DNA of 63,571 bases, filler included, from Octopus bimaculoides (taxonomy: Eukaryota): the NCBI RefSeq assembly GCF_001194135.2. It is 6 parts of 6 records of this genome, joined end to end, with 100 filler letters (N's around TTAATTAATTAA, not from the genome) between each part and the next. Parts side by side here need not be neighbours in the genome. Positions count along the whole stretch, not along the records: positions 61,083 to 62,419 come from NC_068991.1; positions 62,520 to 63,571 come from NC_068998.1; 4 more parts are not named here. One strand, given 5' to 3'. Numbering within the stretch: the first letter of the stretch is position 1; each line of letters begins with the position of its first letter. The position numbers were made by a program, and so were the translations under genes. Under the pieces are notes generated by a model. The model saw nothing but the letters and a program-made list of their open reading frames with translations, was not told the origin of the DNA and ran no database searches. Below, one piece after another: positions 61,127-63,571 of the stretch.

Positions 61127-62382
61127 ACACACATACACATATACACACACATACGCACAAACGCATGTGGGAAACAGATGTGTATATGTAATTATAATAT
61201 ATGTTAATAGATATTCTACAAAATATATATATGTCCATTCATATACATACATACATGGGAGACTAGCTATAAACAAATATATATATATATATATATATAT
61301 GGGTATAGTGTACATTAACGTATACAATAAAGAACAATATATGAAGATGTGTGTGTACGTGTGCGCACGCACACACAGAGACACACCCACCCAAACACCG
61401 ACACGCACACATCCTCATACACACAAACACACACACACATCCATAATGTTAATTATGCCTAGACGTATTATAATACTATTGATCCTGCAATAATTATACA
61501 TGCACATACACATACTCACTCTCACGCACACATGCGCATACATCCATTTGGTTACACATACACACACACAGAAACATATACACACACACAAACACACACA
61601 CACACACACTTAGGTCACAGATAAACACTAACCCAAGCACGCTCTTTCTCTCTCTCTCTCCTCTCTCTCCTCTCTTTCTCTCTTGTAGACGCACTACCTT
61701 TTTCCTCTCTCTCCTTCTTTCTCTCTCCACTCTCTCTTTCTCTCTCTCTCCTTCCTCCCTCTCTCTCTCTCTTTCTCTATCCACCACTTTCTTAACTTTA
61801 GCCAACGAACGACGGAAGTAAGCATCAACAAGATCATACACGTCAAATTCACGAACTACACAATGTCACTAATTATTGTTGGATCAATAATATTAAGCCA
61901 GCGGAGATGAGGCGAGTACTTTAGTTTCTACCAGCTCCATCACCTAACCTTTCTATGAAGATTGAATGACTAGCGAAGTGTATGTGGTGGTGGTGGTGGT
62001 GGTGTTGGTAGTCGTCGTCGAGGCCGTCGTGGTCGGGAAATACCCGATGTCGCCTGCTACATGGTAACTTAATAGTAAAGTACTTCGCTTGCTACATCTA
62101 ATATGATGGCGTCCGTTTTATACTATTATAAATGAGCGACTGAGAGAGTAAGAAATAGCAGCAAAATCTGCCTCAAAAAAAAAAAAAAAACCACTGGACA
62201 ACCGCTAAAAGCAAGAAGTTTTCACGAGTGGATACCTATGGGCATAGATTTCTTTGATTTTGGTAATTTTCCCCACCGTATTTCCACTAAAATAACCAAC
62301 TTTCGTTCTATATTTTCGACAATTACATTGAATTGACCATTGATCCACTGCCATTCAATCCTAGATTCACCAAAACTTACTA

Positions 62383-62419
<37 letters not shown>

Positions 62420-62519
62420 NNNNNNNNNNNNNNNNNNNNNNNNNNNNNNNNNNNNNNNNNNNNTTAATTAATTAANNNNNNNNNNNNNNNNNNNNNNNNN
62501 NNNNNNNNNNNNNNNNNNN

Positions 62520-62569
<50 letters not shown>

Positions 62570-62574
62570 TAAGG

Positions 62575-62945
62575 ATGAGGGTTTTGACAATGAGGATTTA
62601 GCTGTTCGGTCAACAGAATTACCTGTCCAGCAATAAATGTGTAAGTGGCTGAGTATTTCATTGACATGTGTAACCTTAATGTGATTCACAGGTAGAGCCT
62701 CTACAATACGAAATATGTGACAAGACTACATCATCTAAATTACAAGTACAAATCAATAGACAGGTACAAATCAATAGACAGGTACAATTCAATAGACAGG
62801 TACAAATCAATAGACAGGTTTCTATACAGATTCAGTCTACCCATTTCCACTCGCAAGCTATGAAACCACCCGTTGCCATCATAAAATTACATTTGTCTAA
62901 GATACCATGGATTGGAATAGAACCTGTGGCCTTTTGGTTGCATAG
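62575..62945 (-). mobile_element. Old SINE (type C-like head + type A tail) containing an 18-bp x4 tandem (tacaaatcaatagacagg, 62747-62818)
   Basis: gtctacccatttccactc.caag matches the type C head region; gtaagtggctgagtatt..gacatgtgtaaccttaa matches the type A tail. Confidence 0.55.
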
Positions 62946-63530
62946 TGATGTCTTCTATATTCGGCCACACGCGCACACACATAATAATATACGCTTACAT
63001 ATACACATCCATCCATCCATCCATCCATCCATCCATCCATCCGTCTGTATGTATATTTGTAAGTGTATGTAAGTGTATGTGTATATATGCATTTACACAC
63101 TTCAATATTTCTTGAGCTTCTACGATTGGAAACGGTCACCTTAGAACTTAGTCTGGATATATTTATACCGTTCGATTATTGATACCAATCGATTATTGAT
63201 GAAGTGGCTGTTTATTTACACTACGTTTCTTTAGAGATTTACATCCTTTTAAAGGACTTAAGACCGTACAGCGATTTACAATTTACACAAATACAACACA
63301 CATACGCACAAACACACACACATGCACACTCCTACAAGCACATACACGTATATACATGCCTACTTATGTGTGTGTCCTTATATGTACGTATTTACAAAAG
63401 ACTTGTAGAAAAACATGTTTGAGATATAAATACATAGATATATACTTGATTGTAGAGACAAAAATGCATGTGTGTGTATACACACGCCCACACACATACA
63501 TACACATACACATATATATCAGTAACATAT

Positions 63531-63571
<41 letters not shown>

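Noticed and set aside
61803-61818. Possible 16-nt plus-strand microexon after a (CT)n tract
   Set aside because: No partner exons; such signals are expected by chance beside pyrimidine microsatellites.
62020-62300. Possible upstream SLC22 exon (YFPT.., EIYAHR|gt)
   Set aside because: Neither fits the E(L/I)(F/Y)PTxxR motif together with valid splice sites.

Overview
Eukaryotic, AT-rich, microsatellite-saturated DNA with many N gaps. The SINE/LINE/Tc1 repertoire and repeat density look like an octopus (coleoid cephalopod) draft scaffold; this is an inference, not a verified identification. Almost all supplied ORFs are artefacts of dinucleotide repeats or gaps. The one host gene I can support is absent from the ORF track: the last two coding exons of an SLC22-family MFS transporter on the minus strand (60159-60087 and 58162-57971). 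The rest is mostly decayed mobile elements: Tx1/L1-clade LINEs, three REL-endonuclease (R4/Dong-like) LINE 3' ends, CR1- and RTE-type fragments, Tc1 elements with DD36E-type and DD37E(TRT)-type features, a Chapaev3-like transposase, several tRNA-derived SINE families, fold-back MITEs and Penelope-like terminal fragments. The most interesting signals are: (1) several hammerhead-ribozyme-like motifs, including a three-copy family with a non-canonical core; (2) an apparent (AAT)n-targeting pair made of a Dong-like LINE and a fixed-start ~0.58-kb non-autonomous element; (3) a divergent TM11 in the SLC22 protein; (4) a few unidentified coding-like segments. All alignments and translations were done by eye; no database search was run.
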